Shown here: piece by piece, positions 1 through 9,218 of the stretch
Position numbering within the stretch: position 1 is the stretch's first letter
Layout of the letters: each line of letters begins with the position of its first letter
From: an uncultured Bacilli bacterium
GTDB lineage: Bacteria; Bacillota_I; Bacilli_A; RFN20; CAG-826
Length of the DNA: 64,000 nucleotides
Assembly: GCA_905235515.1 (NCBI GenBank)
Contig: CAJOLV010000002.1
Location: forward strand, 21,924 to 85,923
Direction: 5' to 3'
The notes under the pieces: model-generated
Told to the model about the DNA's origin: nothing
The model's input: only the letters and a program-made list of their open reading frames with translations
The model's database searches: none
Position numbers and translations under genes: made by a program

Positions 1-1074
1 GAAAAGTTTAATAATAAGACAAACGGTGTCACTCACCGTAGGTGGTTATTAAACGCTAATCCGAAATTAGCCGAATTAATCTCTAGTAAGATTGGTGAAG
101 ACTGGATTAAAGATATGGAAAAAATTAAAGCGTTTGAAAAATACGCGGATGATAAGAAAGTCTTAGATAAACTCATCGATATCAAATTAGAGAATAAGAA
201 AAAATTGGCTAAATATATCTTTGAACATAATGGAGTGGAAGTGGACATTAATTCCATCTTTGATGTGCAAATTAAAAGATTACATGCTTATAAGAGACAA
301 TTGATGAATATTTTCCATATCATCTATCTCTATCAAAGATTAAAATCTGATCCTGAATTTAAAATCTATCCACGAACATTTATCTTTGGTGCGAAAGCCG
401 CCCCAAGTTATGTCTACGCTAAGAAAATCATTGAATTAATTGTCGCAGTCGCTGATGTTTTAAATAATGATGAAGACACCAACAAATACTTAAAAGTAGT
501 TTTCTTAGAAAACTATGGTGTCACGTTAGCCGAAAAGATTATTCCAGCCGCTGATGTTAGTGAACAAATCTCTACCGCTGGTAAAGAAGCTAGTGGTACT
601 TCCAATATGAAATTTATGATGAATGGGGCAATTACTTTAGGAACAATGGATGGCGCCAATATTGAAATTGTTGCTAATGCTGGTAAAGATAACGCTGTCA
701 TTTTTGGCTTAACAAATGATGAAGTGGAAGAACTCAATCGTAACGGTAGTTATAATCCATGGGATATCTATAATTCTGATTTTAGAATCAAGAATGTTTT
801 AGATAGTTTGTTCCATGGTGAGTGGTGCCACTACAAACAAGATAAATTCTCTCTCATCTTTGATGAGATTATGAACCATAGAGATCAATACTATATCTTA
901 AAAGACTTTGATAGCTATGTGGCCGCTCAAGAAAAAGTTGAAGAATTATATCAAGATAAATATCATTGGGCCAAGATGGCGTTAATTAATATCGCTAATA
1001 GTGGATTCTTCACTTCTGATCGAACCATTGAACAATACGCGACTGAGATTTGGGAATTAAAGAAGGCGAAATAA
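1..1074 (+). CDS. glgP: Glycogen/maltodextrin phosphorylase, C-terminal part (5' end lies outside the window)
   Basis: Frame 1 is open from nt 1 (EKFNNKTNGVTHRRWLLNANP...). It carries the phosphorylase PLP-lysine region EASGTSNMKFMMNGAITLGTMDGANIE and ends at TAA 1072-1074. Confidence 0.9.
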   Translation, partial: EKFNNKTNGVTHRRWLLNANPKLAELISSKIGEDWIKDMEKIKAFEKYADDKKVLDKLIDIKLENKKKLAKYIFEHNGVEVDINSIFDVQIKRLHAYKRQLMNIFHIIYLYQRLKSDPEFKIYPRTFIFGAKAAPSYVYAKKIIELIVAVADVLNNDEDTNKYLKVVFLENYGVTLAEKIIPAADVSEQISTAGKEASGTSNMKFMMNGAITLGTMDGANIEIVANAGKDNAVIFGLTNDEVEELNRNGSYNPWDIYNSDFRIKNVLDSLFHGEWCHYKQDKFSLIFDEIMNHRDQYYILKDFDSYVAAQEKVEELYQDKYHWAKMALINIANSGFFTSDRTIEQYATEIWELKKAK

Positions 1075-1076
1075 TT

Positions 1077-1568
1077 ATGGCGATTGAATTACAAGAATTA
1101 TTTGCAGCGCAAGCAAAGCTTGATGCGAGAATTGCACACGATCATAACGTCACCTATGCCTCTACACGCGATAGACGCGTTATGGCGTTAATCGTGGAAA
1201 TCGGAGAACTCGCTAATGCGACTAGATGTTTTAAATACTGGTCTAATAAAGGTAGTGAAGAAAAAGAGGTTGTTTTAGATGAATACGCGGATGGATTACA
1301 TTTCTTCCTCTCATTAGGCATTGATATTAAAACAAGTAAAAATGTCTATCACATCACTAAACATCAAGATGATTTAACTAAGCAGTTCCATCTTGTTTAT
1401 CACAATATTGATAACTTCTATAAAAAACAAGATGATAAGAGCTTTATTAAAGCATTCCAAAGCTTTTTCAACTTATTACCATTATTAGGCTATCGTTGGA
1501 ACAGTTTAAAAAATGCTTATTATAAGAAACTACAAGTCAATTACGATAGACAAAATAATAATTACTAA
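1077..1568 (+). CDS. Dimeric dUTPase-like protein (YncF/dUTPase_2 family)
   Basis: ELFAAQAKLDARIAHDH...ALIVEIGELANATRCFKYWS resembles B. subtilis YncF-type dUTPases. I moved the start to ATG 1077, which overlaps the glgP stop and follows AAGAAGG. Confidence 0.6.
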   Translation: MAIELQELFAAQAKLDARIAHDHNVTYASTRDRRVMALIVEIGELANATRCFKYWSNKGSEEKEVVLDEYADGLHFFLSLGIDIKTSKNVYHITKHQDDLTKQFHLVYHNIDNFYKKQDDKSFIKAFQSFFNLLPLLGYRWNSLKNAYYKKLQVNYDRQNNNY

Positions 1569-1588
1569 TACTACAATTTAACTTGAAA

Positions 1589-1621
1589 CGCACTTCCTTT
1601 TAGGAAGTGTTTTCTTTTTTA
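1589..1621. terminator. Rho-independent terminator between convergent genes
   Basis: Stem CACTTCC/GGAAGTG with a 5-nt loop, followed by TTTTCTTTTTT. Confidence 0.6.
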
Positions 1622-1678
1622 TCATAAAAAGTTTTAGAAGAAAAAGAAGCGTTTCACCCATTATCTGATAAAACACTT

Positions 1679-2113
1679 CTAATTAATTAATTGATCAATT
1701 TCATCTTCAGAATAGACATTAATACCGTTTTCTTTTAATAACTTCGCGGTTATTCCCATTCCATCGATAAGTTTATCGGAGAAAGTGCCATCGTGGATGT
1801 GATGAGTGCCACAAGAAGGGCTTCTTTCTTTCAAGACAGCAATTTTGATTTTAAGATAGAGGCAAAGCATTAATGCTTTTCTCGCTCCCCATTCATATGC
1901 ACGAGTGACATCTTCGCCATTATCCATAAACACTCCCGAATCTTTAATCTCACTAGGATTCCTTGGTGTCGGTAAACCGCCCTCAACTTCAGGGCAGAAA
2001 GGAATTAATTCGTATTTATCTAATAATGATTCTAATTTAGGCGATAAATTGTTGCCTCCGTTATATTTACAATTATCACCAACTAAACAGGCTGAGATTA
2101 ATATCTTTTCCAT
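1679..2113 (-). CDS. DUF523/TudS-like protein (putative Fe-S thiouracil desulfidase family)
   Basis: ILISACLVGDNCKYNGG plus later Cys residues match DUF523. The start could be the first ATG at 2137 or the second at 2113, and no clear SD favours either. Confidence 0.55.
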   Translation of the reverse strand: MEKILISACLVGDNCKYNGGNNLSPKLESLLDKYELIPFCPEVEGGLPTPRNPSEIKDSGVFMDNGEDVTRAYEWGARKALMLCLYLKIKIAVLKERSPSCGTHHIHDGTFSDKLIDGMGITAKLLKENGINVYSEDEIDQLIN

Positions 2114-2167
2114 AACTATTCTTATTTTACGTATCATATATATGATAATTCAAGGTATAATATCAAC

Positions 2168-2812
2168 ATGGTTTCTTCATTCATCTATACCCGTGAAGGG
2201 CAAAATTATCCAGTGACAATAACTAGAAAAAGAATCCGTTCAATTAGATACAAATATCGCGATGGAGGATTTGTTATTTCTTGTAGTTATTTAGTGAGCA
2301 AAGAGAAGATTGTTCAAGGGTTGGATAAGTTCTTTGATAGGTTAACAAAAGAAAACCCACATCACAGTGGCTTTACCGACACTTATGTCTATTTATTAGG
2401 GAAGAAAATTCCTATTGAAGAAGAGGGCAAAATCAACTTTACAGATGGTAGTCAACTCATTTATGAAGATAAAGAAGACTTAAAAAAGAAACTGAAAAAA
2501 TGGTTTTTAAAATATATTACATATCGTCATAGACAATATGAAAAAACTATGAAAACTTATGAGAATAAAGTGAGAGTGAGAGATATGTATACTCGTTATG
2601 GATCTAACTCAATTAGTAATAAAAGCATTACTTATTCTTTAATACTTATGCATTATTCTCCAGATGTCATAGATTCAGTCATTGTCCATGAATTAGCCCA
2701 TTGTTTTGAGACGCATCACGATGAAAAATTCTATAAAATAGTGAAGAATTACTGCCCAAATTACGATTATTTACATGATAAATTAAGAAAAGGAGTGTAC
2801 TCAGATGATTAA
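2168..2812 (+). CDS. YgjP/DUF45 family metal-dependent hydrolase
   Basis: C-terminal VIVHELAHCFETHH, a zincin-like HExxH motif, fits the YgjP/SprT-like fold. Confidence 0.75.
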   Translation: MVSSFIYTREGQNYPVTITRKRIRSIRYKYRDGGFVISCSYLVSKEKIVQGLDKFFDRLTKENPHHSGFTDTYVYLLGKKIPIEEEGKINFTDGSQLIYEDKEDLKKKLKKWFLKYITYRHRQYEKTMKTYENKVRVRDMYTRYGSNSISNKSITYSLILMHYSPDVIDSVIVHELAHCFETHHDEKFYKIVKNYCPNYDYLHDKLRKGVYSDD

Positions 2813-3524
2813 CTATATTAACTCAAGAACTAATCAAAAAGTGGTCCATGCCTCAAGGCTCAAAGATAAAAAATATATCAAAGAATATAAAGAGTTTTTA
2901 ATCGAAGGAGTTAAATCACTAGAGCTCGCAATTAAATCAGGTTTAGTCAAAGAAGTATTTACTTTAAAAGAACTTAAACTTCCTTATAACATTCCTCAAT
3001 ATTTAGTCACTCCAGAAATCATTGAAAAAATCTCCATTAATCAAAACCCAGAGGGTGTAGTTACAGTATGTCAATTAATACCAGAAAAGAAACCAGAAAA
3101 ATTTAATAAAGTAGTGTATTTAGATGACATCTCTGATCCCGGCAATATGGGTACATTAATTAGGACTGCTTTAGCCTTTAATTATGACGCTGTTATTCTT
3201 TCAGATAAATGTGTTTCAATCTACAACCCAAAGGTTGTCGCGGCCTCTAAAGGAGCAATATTTTCTATTCCAATTTTAACTGGCTTCTTAAAAGACTTTA
3301 AAAAAGACCATAAAGTCATCGCTTCGACATTATCCGATAAGACAATTCCACTAGAAAAATGCAAAAAAATAGAATCATTTATATTAGTCTTGGGGAATGA
3401 AGCACATGGAATTTCTCAAGAAGTTATTAAATTAAGTGACATCTTTGTAAAAATCCCGATCGATAATATTGATTCATTAAACGTCGCTGTGGCGGGTGGA
3501 GTGTTAATGTATTACTTCAAGTAA
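2805..3524 (+). CDS. TrmH/SpoU family RNA 2'-O-methyltransferase
   Basis: LDDISDPGNMGTLIRTALAFNYDAVIL and GNEAHGIS are SPOUT methylase motifs. Confidence 0.8.
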   Translation: MINYINSRTNQKVVHASRLKDKKYIKEYKEFLIEGVKSLELAIKSGLVKEVFTLKELKLPYNIPQYLVTPEIIEKISINQNPEGVVTVCQLIPEKKPEKFNKVVYLDDISDPGNMGTLIRTALAFNYDAVILSDKCVSIYNPKVVAASKGAIFSIPILTGFLKDFKKDHKVIASTLSDKTIPLEKCKKIESFILVLGNEAHGISQEVIKLSDIFVKIPIDNIDSLNVAVAGGVLMYYFK

Positions 3525-3562
3525 AGGTTGTTATTGTAAACAATCTTTTTTTGTTTCATAAT

Positions 3563-3592
3563 AAATATACCCCCACGGGGTGTAGGTATACT
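3563..3592. promoter_or_regulatory. CsoR-type operator-like GC-rich pseudo-palindrome directly upstream of csoR-copA
   Basis: TATACCCCCACGGGGTGTAGGTATA is an isolated GC-rich inverted repeat in AT-rich spacer. It resembles B. subtilis copZA operators (TACCC-N4-GGGTA type). Confidence 0.5.
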
Positions 3593-3595
3593 ATT

Positions 3596-3850
3596 ATGGA
3601 CAGAAATGAAATTAAACATTTATTAGATATTGTTAAAGGTCAACTTAATGGCATTAACAAAATGCTTGATGACGGAGTTTATTGCATTGATATCTCCAAT
3701 CAATTACTCGCTTCTATCGCATTATTAAAAAAAGCTAATGTTGTTTTGCTCGACCAACATTTAAAACATTGTGTTTTGAACGCTCCAACAAGAGAAGAAA
3801 GAGAAGAAAAACTGGCGGAGATTTCTAAAGTTATCTCTAAAGTCATGTAA
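3596..3850 (+). CDS. csoR: CsoR family copper-sensing transcriptional repressor
   Basis: DUF156 fold with the Cys-His-Cys ligand pattern (CIDISNQ...HLKHC). Its stop lies 2 nt before the copA ATG. Confidence 0.8.
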   Translation: MDRNEIKHLLDIVKGQLNGINKMLDDGVYCIDISNQLLASIALLKKANVVLLDQHLKHCVLNAPTREEREEKLAEISKVISKVM

Positions 3851-3852
3851 TT

Positions 3853-6240
3853 ATGAAAAAGAAATATAATGTCACCGGTATGAGCTGTGCTGCTTGTGCA
3901 GCACATGTAACAAAAGCGGTGAATGATTTAGATGGTTATACCTGTAATGTTTCTTTATTAACTAATTCCATGGAAGTGTCTTCTGAATCCGAAATAAACG
4001 ATCAAGAAGTAATTAACGCTGTTATAAAAGCTGGTTATGGAGCTTCTATTTATCAAAATGAATATTTAGAAAAACAGAACAAGAAAGTTAAAGGGAAAAG
4101 AATTAGTCTAATCGTTTCCATTGTTTTGATGGTTTTAATCATGTATATCGCTATGGGACATATGATTAATGCTTTGCCATTCTTTTTAACTGGTGACTAT
4201 GTTTATATCAATGTTTCCTTACAAATAGCTTTAACCATTATCGTGATTATTTTAAATTTCCATTATTTCACCAGTGGATTTACTAAGTTAGTGAAATTAA
4301 AACCTAATATGGACACTCTGGTGGCCTTAGGTAGTTTTATTAGTTTTAGTTATTCATTAGTTAATTCCATATTAATTTTTATTAATGTTTCAAAAGGAAA
4401 TATGGAAGCTGCACACGAGTTACATCATCATCAATTATATTTTGATTCGGCGTCGATGATTTTAACCTTAGTGAGTGTTGGCAAATTCTTAGAAGGACTA
4501 AGCAAAAAGAAAACCACAAAAGCATTAGATGAATTAATGGATATGGTCCCTAATTCTGTTCTTAAATATGATGGAACTTCATCAAATTTAGTTGCTTTAG
4601 ATTCAATACAAATTGGTGATGTTATTGAAATAAGACCATACGATGTCATTCCTTTAGATGGAGTAGTTATAGAGGGATCCTCATTAATCGATGATTCTAG
4701 TATTACTGGTGAATCTTTATTAAAAGAAAAGAGCGTTGGTGATGAAATCATCTCTGGTAGTAAGAACCAACAATCTACCTTATATTTAAAAGTAACGAAG
4801 AATAAAGAAAACTCCACAATTAATCAAATCATTAAAATGGTGGAAGAAGCCTCATCATCAAAGATGAAAATTGAAAAAATCGTCGATAAAGTAGCATTAA
4901 TCTTTGTTCCAACAGTGATTGGAATTGCCGCTATAGTGTTTGTTATCTGGATGATTATTACAGGGGGCAATTTCAACTTATCTATTAAATTTGCTATCTC
5001 AGTTTTAGTGATTTCTTGTCCTTGCGCTTTAGGTTTAGCAACCCCACTTTGTGTGATGGCGGCGGCCTTAAAAGCAAGCAAAAATTACATTTTAGTGAAA
5101 GATGCGGAAGTCTATGAAAACCTTTCTAAAGTTGATGCCATAATGTTTGATAAAACAGGCACAATCACTAATGGAAAATTACAAATTGTTAACAATACAT
5201 TAAATGAAAATGATTTATTTAAATTACAATCTTTGGAGCGTTTATCTGACCATCCATTAGGCAAAGAATTATGTAGAGATTTAACCTCTTTTGTAGAAGT
5301 TAGTGATTATCAGGCGATCGCTGGTAAAGGTATCTCTGGAATAATCGATGAGGTAAGATATTACGCAGGTAACGCGAAATATTTAAAAGAAATTAATGGT
5401 TATGAAGAAACTAATAATGAATTGACTGTCATCTATTTTTTTACGGAAAAAGAATATCGTGGAAAAGTCGAATTTTTAGATACAGTAAAAATAACTTCTA
5501 AACAAGCTTTAGAATTATTCAAACAACATGGTGTGAAAACAGTTCTATTAACTGGTGATAATGAAAATAGTGCAAAAAAGACATGTGCTGATTTAGCAAT
5601 TGATGAAATATATTCCTCATTACTCCCGCAAGATAAGGCTAATATTATCAAACAATATCAATATGAGGGACATCTTGTTTTAATGTGTGGCGATGGCATT
5701 AATGATTCAATTGCTTTAGAACTCGCTAATGTAGGAATAGCGATGAATGAAACTAATATCGCTAAATCAAGTGCGGACATTGTTTTAACAAGATCTGACT
5801 TATTAGATGCATACAATGCATATCACTTGTCTATTAAGACAGTTAATAATATTAAACTTAATTTATTTTGGGCATTTTTCTATAACATAATTGCGATTCC
5901 TGTCGCTGCAGGAGTGTTCTATTCATTGAATTTTACCTTAAATCCCATGATTGCCGCGGCCTGCATGAGTGCTTCTAGCATTTGTGTTTGTTTGAATGCC
6001 TTAAGATTAAACCTAGTGAAAATGGCAAAAAAGGAGGAAAAACCATTTATGACCCTATTTGTTAAAGATATGATGTGTAACCATTGTGTCGCCCATGTCA
6101 AAACTGCTTTATCCGTTGAAGGAGTAAGTAATGTGGAAATCAATTTACAAACTAAAGAAGTAAAAGTTGAAACCACATTGTCTAAGGAAGAAGTCTTTAA
6201 ATTAATTAAAAATGCTGGTTATCAACCAACAGATAATTAA
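3853..6240 (+). CDS. copA: Copper-translocating P1B-type ATPase with N- and C-terminal heavy-metal-associated (HMA) domains
   Basis: N-terminal GMSCAACA, transmembrane CPC, DKTGT, GDGINDS, and a C-terminal HMA domain (MMCNHCVAHV). Confidence 0.9.
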   Translation: MKKKYNVTGMSCAACAAHVTKAVNDLDGYTCNVSLLTNSMEVSSESEINDQEVINAVIKAGYGASIYQNEYLEKQNKKVKGKRISLIVSIVLMVLIMYIAMGHMINALPFFLTGDYVYINVSLQIALTIIVIILNFHYFTSGFTKLVKLKPNMDTLVALGSFISFSYSLVNSILIFINVSKGNMEAAHELHHHQLYFDSASMILTLVSVGKFLEGLSKKKTTKALDELMDMVPNSVLKYDGTSSNLVALDSIQIGDVIEIRPYDVIPLDGVVIEGSSLIDDSSITGESLLKEKSVGDEIISGSKNQQSTLYLKVTKNKENSTINQIIKMVEEASSSKMKIEKIVDKVALIFVPTVIGIAAIVFVIWMIITGGNFNLSIKFAISVLVISCPCALGLATPLCVMAAALKASKNYILVKDAEVYENLSKVDAIMFDKTGTITNGKLQIVNNTLNENDLFKLQSLERLSDHPLGKELCRDLTSFVEVSDYQAIAGKGISGIIDEVRYYAGNAKYLKEINGYEETNNELTVIYFFTEKEYRGKVEFLDTVKITSKQALELFKQHGVKTVLLTGDNENSAKKTCADLAIDEIYSSLLPQDKANIIKQYQYEGHLVLMCGDGINDSIALELANVGIAMNETNIAKSSADIVLTRSDLLDAYNAYHLSIKTVNNIKLNLFWAFFYNIIAIPVAAGVFYSLNFTLNPMIAAACMSASSICVCLNALRLNLVKMAKKEEKPFMTLFVKDMMCNHCVAHVKTALSVEGVSNVEINLQTKEVKVETTLSKEEVFKLIKNAGYQPTDN

Positions 6241-6345
6241 TCATTTGAAGGTTATTTAGTCATAGAGAACAATAAATAAAAAAACGCCTTCGATAAATCT
6301 TAAAAAAAGAATTAATCGTGGCGAATGAAATACTTAAATTAGTAA

Positions 6346-8022
6346 TTAGTGTTTATTCATGACCATCTCTTTAGCGTATTCTAATTGAGAATTGGTCACT
6401 TTACCTTCTGAAATCATTAGAGCTATTTCGTAGATCTTTTCATCTAGATTTAGCTCTTTTATTTGTGTAAATGTGCGACCCTTATTAATAGTTTTACTAA
6501 TTTTTACATGGTTTTTGCTTAAGCAAGCCACTTGTGGTAAATGAGTAATTGTGATGACTTGACTAGATAGAGAAATCTCATAAATCTTATTAGCGACTTT
6601 ACTAGCAACTTCTCCATTAATACCAGTATCGATTTCATCAAATATCACTGTTTCAACTTTATTAGCTTTAATGAATAAGGTCTTGAATGCGAGCATAATA
6701 CGAGATGCTTCTCCACCAGAAATAACCTTGCCTAATGGCTTCATACCTTCACCAATATTAGTTTCAATATAGAAATCCACTTCATCAATTCCAGTCGGCA
6801 AGAATATTGATAAATCAACATCATCATGTAGGGTAGTAGAATCAATACGAATATCAAACTTAGATTTAAGAGATAAATCCTCTAAATGTCTCTCTAATTC
6901 TTTAATGACGTTCTTTGCAATTTGTTTTCTCACTTTCGAGAGATCTTCGCCATAGGAATAGGTTTGCTTATACAAAGCAAATAATTGATTGTATTCTTCT
7001 TTTAATAAGATATCGTTATCATCCGTCGCATTAATTAATCTTTCTAATTCATTTTGATATTCGATTAATTCTTCCACGGTTTTGTTATGTTTCTTTTTGA
7101 TTACATTAATCTCATTTAAACGAGTTTCTAATTCATCTAAAAGATTTGGATTATAGTCGAGATGTGAAAATTTCTTTTTAATAGATTCATAAATATCTTC
7201 TAATTCGTAGTAAGCGGAATCAATACGAGAAACATATTCTTCATATTCATTTTGATAGGAAGATAATTCCTTTACTTTATTTTTGATTTCATAGATATCA
7301 TCTAAAGATTCTTTATCGATTAATTCTTTTGTTTCGCCTAACAAGGAATAGATTTGATCATAATTTCTTAAATAAGAAATCTGTTCTTTAATATCGTCCT
7401 CCTCCGCTAATGAAAGATTAAGAGCTTTTAATTCTTGATAATCAAATTCATAGAATTCTTTATTCTTTTTAATCTCATTAATACGATTGAGTAATTTTTG
7501 ATATTGATGATATTTTTCTTTAAGTAAATTTAAAGACTCTTCATATTTGCTCTTATATTCATCAATGACATCACTTTTAAAACCATCGACAATATCTAAA
7601 TAATTTTCTCTATTTAATAATTTGGTCATATCAAATTGTAGATGGATATCAGCGAGATATTTACTCATCTTTTTTAAATCATTAAGAGAAATAGGGGTGT
7701 CATTAACCTTGATATAACTTCTTGTTGAAGAAATAACTCTTGTGATAGTGATGGAATCATCTAAATATTCGACATTGAGCTTATTTAATAATCCAGATAA
7801 ATAGATGTTATGAAAGGAGAATTGGCCCACAATCGTGGCCTTTTCCTCTCCGTGTCTAATCATCTCTAAATTCGCTCTTTCACCAAGGAGAAGAGAGATA
7901 CAGTCAATAATTAAACTTTTTCCCGCTCCTGTTTCACCAGTTAAGACGGTTAAACCATCTTTAAAAGAGATATCAATATCTTCAATAATCGCAAAATTTT
8001 TAACGGATAATTTATTGAGCAT
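6346..8022 (-). CDS. recN: DNA repair protein RecN
   Basis: N-terminal LTGETGAGKS Walker A, a long coiled-coil, and a C-terminal SMC-like signature. Confidence 0.9.
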   Translation of the reverse strand: MLNKLSVKNFAIIEDIDISFKDGLTVLTGETGAGKSLIIDCISLLLGERANLEMIRHGEEKATIVGQFSFHNIYLSGLLNKLNVEYLDDSITITRVISSTRSYIKVNDTPISLNDLKKMSKYLADIHLQFDMTKLLNRENYLDIVDGFKSDVIDEYKSKYEESLNLLKEKYHQYQKLLNRINEIKKNKEFYEFDYQELKALNLSLAEEDDIKEQISYLRNYDQIYSLLGETKELIDKESLDDIYEIKNKVKELSSYQNEYEEYVSRIDSAYYELEDIYESIKKKFSHLDYNPNLLDELETRLNEINVIKKKHNKTVEELIEYQNELERLINATDDNDILLKEEYNQLFALYKQTYSYGEDLSKVRKQIAKNVIKELERHLEDLSLKSKFDIRIDSTTLHDDVDLSIFLPTGIDEVDFYIETNIGEGMKPLGKVISGGEASRIMLAFKTLFIKANKVETVIFDEIDTGINGEVASKVANKIYEISLSSQVITITHLPQVACLSKNHVKISKTINKGRTFTQIKELNLDEKIYEIALMISEGKVTNSQLEYAKEMVMNKH

Positions 8023-8062
8023 ACAACTATATTACAAATAATTTTTGTTTAAAAAAACAAAT

Positions 8063-8614
8063 TTAGTATTCTTTTACAAGCTTCAAATAATTGTTTGAGG
8101 CTCCATACCCATAAACTAAATCAAATAATTGTTGGTAATTTTGATAATTAACGCGATGGAAGCCGTTGTAGGCAGATTGATAAATGACATCGCCTTCTTG
8201 TGTTTTTAAGCCATTATCAATATAGCCATTTCGTTTATAAAAGGATTGTCTATTTACACGATTTGGATAATCAAGATAAGTTGGTTCAACCTCTTCAAAA
8301 CATAATAAAATCGTATAATCTGGATAAATTTGTCTAATATCGTGAAGAATTTGACTGCCATAACCCATATTTCTCATATCCATCTTAACAGCGAGATATG
8401 CGATATAGATGATATCTTTATAAATAACATAATGAATAAAACCAACAAATTGATTGTCTTGGTAATAACCGATGATGTGACTGTCATTAGTTCTAGCAAA
8501 GACTTTATAAAAATAATCAAAAGGTGGTCTCTCATTAATAGGAAAAGCCGAATTATATAAAGACTCAATATCATCTTTGATTGCTAGATTTTCTTTTAAA
8601 AATATCTTTTCCAT
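8063..8614 (-). CDS. GNAT family N-acetyltransferase
   Basis: Acetyl-CoA binding motif RNMGYGSQIL. It sits upstream of recN on the same strand. Confidence 0.7.
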   Translation of the reverse strand: MEKIFLKENLAIKDDIESLYNSAFPINERPPFDYFYKVFARTNDSHIIGYYQDNQFVGFIHYVIYKDIIYIAYLAVKMDMRNMGYGSQILHDIRQIYPDYTILLCFEEVEPTYLDYPNRVNRQSFYKRNGYIDNGLKTQEGDVIYQSAYNGFHRVNYQNYQQLFDLVYGYGASNNYLKLVKEY

Positions 8615-8711
8615 GATTCAATTCTAAAATAATCTCGTTTTTCATAAAAGAATTCTTTTATAAAAGAAATAAATTTGTAATAATGAGTTTAATAGTAAAA
8701 GGGGAGATATC

Positions 8712-9218
8712 ATGAAAAAATTAGTCGTTTATTTTTCTCGAGTGGGAGAAAACAGCGTTAACGGTCGCGTGGAAACAATCGCGAAAGGTTTTACAGAAAT
8801 TTTAGCGGAGAAAATCGCTAAGGAAGTGGACGGCGAATTATATCAATTAACACCAGTCGTTCCATATCCTACAAATTATGATGAGTGCGTCGCGAGAAGC
8901 AGAAGAGAAGATCAATCTGGTGAACGCGTTGAATATATTAAGAAATTAGAAAATCTCGATGAATATGAAATCATATATTTAGGTTACCCATGCTGGTGGA
9001 GATATTACCCAAGAGTGGTCGCAACCTTTATTAAAGATAATGTCTTTGTGGGAAAAACCATTTATCCATTCTGCACGAATGAAGAAGGTAAGATGGGCTT
9101 ATCTGAATTAGAACTCAAAGGCAGCGCGAGAGGCGCGATTGTTAAATCTGGTTTTGCTTGCAAAGGTAGCGAAGTGAACGACATCGATGAACAATTAAAG
9201 GATTGGCTAAAAAGATAA
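8712..9218 (+). CDS. Flavodoxin-like protein
   Basis: KLVVYFSRVGENS flavodoxin-like N-terminus, with AAAGGGGAG SD. Its TAA overlaps the ATG of the next gene. Confidence 0.55.
   Translation: MKKLVVYFSRVGENSVNGRVETIAKGFTEILAEKIAKEVDGELYQLTPVVPYPTNYDECVARSRREDQSGERVEYIKKLENLDEYEIIYLGYPCWWRYYPRVVATFIKDNVFVGKTIYPFCTNEEGKMGLSELELKGSARGAIVKSGFACKGSEVNDIDEQLKDWLKR

Noticed and set aside
33-257. Short antisense or out-of-frame ORFs nested inside longer confident CDSs. Examples are 33..257, 513..737, 1905..2216, 3700..3906, 4431..4817, 4824..5081, 5433..5651, 5919..6176, 7835..8041, 8330..8574, 9666..9857, 10183..10392, 11362..11647, 13126..14112, 14932..15511, 16291..16617, 17853..18077, 20080..20626, 21275..21502, 21869..22159, 23711..24340, 25380..26092, 26213..26626, 27292..27558, 28782..28964, 29461..29643, 30962..31240, 33114..33302, 34753..34944, 35177..35365, 35655..35864, 37149..37404, 40030..40417, 41969..42169, 47737..48060, 48535..48774, 49198..49434, 50928..51167, 58124..58312, 59488..59724, 62829..63050 and 63138..63389.
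   Set aside because: Each lies wholly inside a longer ORF with a clear conserved-family identity on another frame or strand. Their translations are low-complexity with no recognisable motifs and no SD or promoter context.
8030-8062. TTGTTTaaaaAAACAA palindrome between GNAT and recN.
   Set aside because: The stem is all A/T and only 6 bp, so it is too weak to call a terminator or operator without more evidence.
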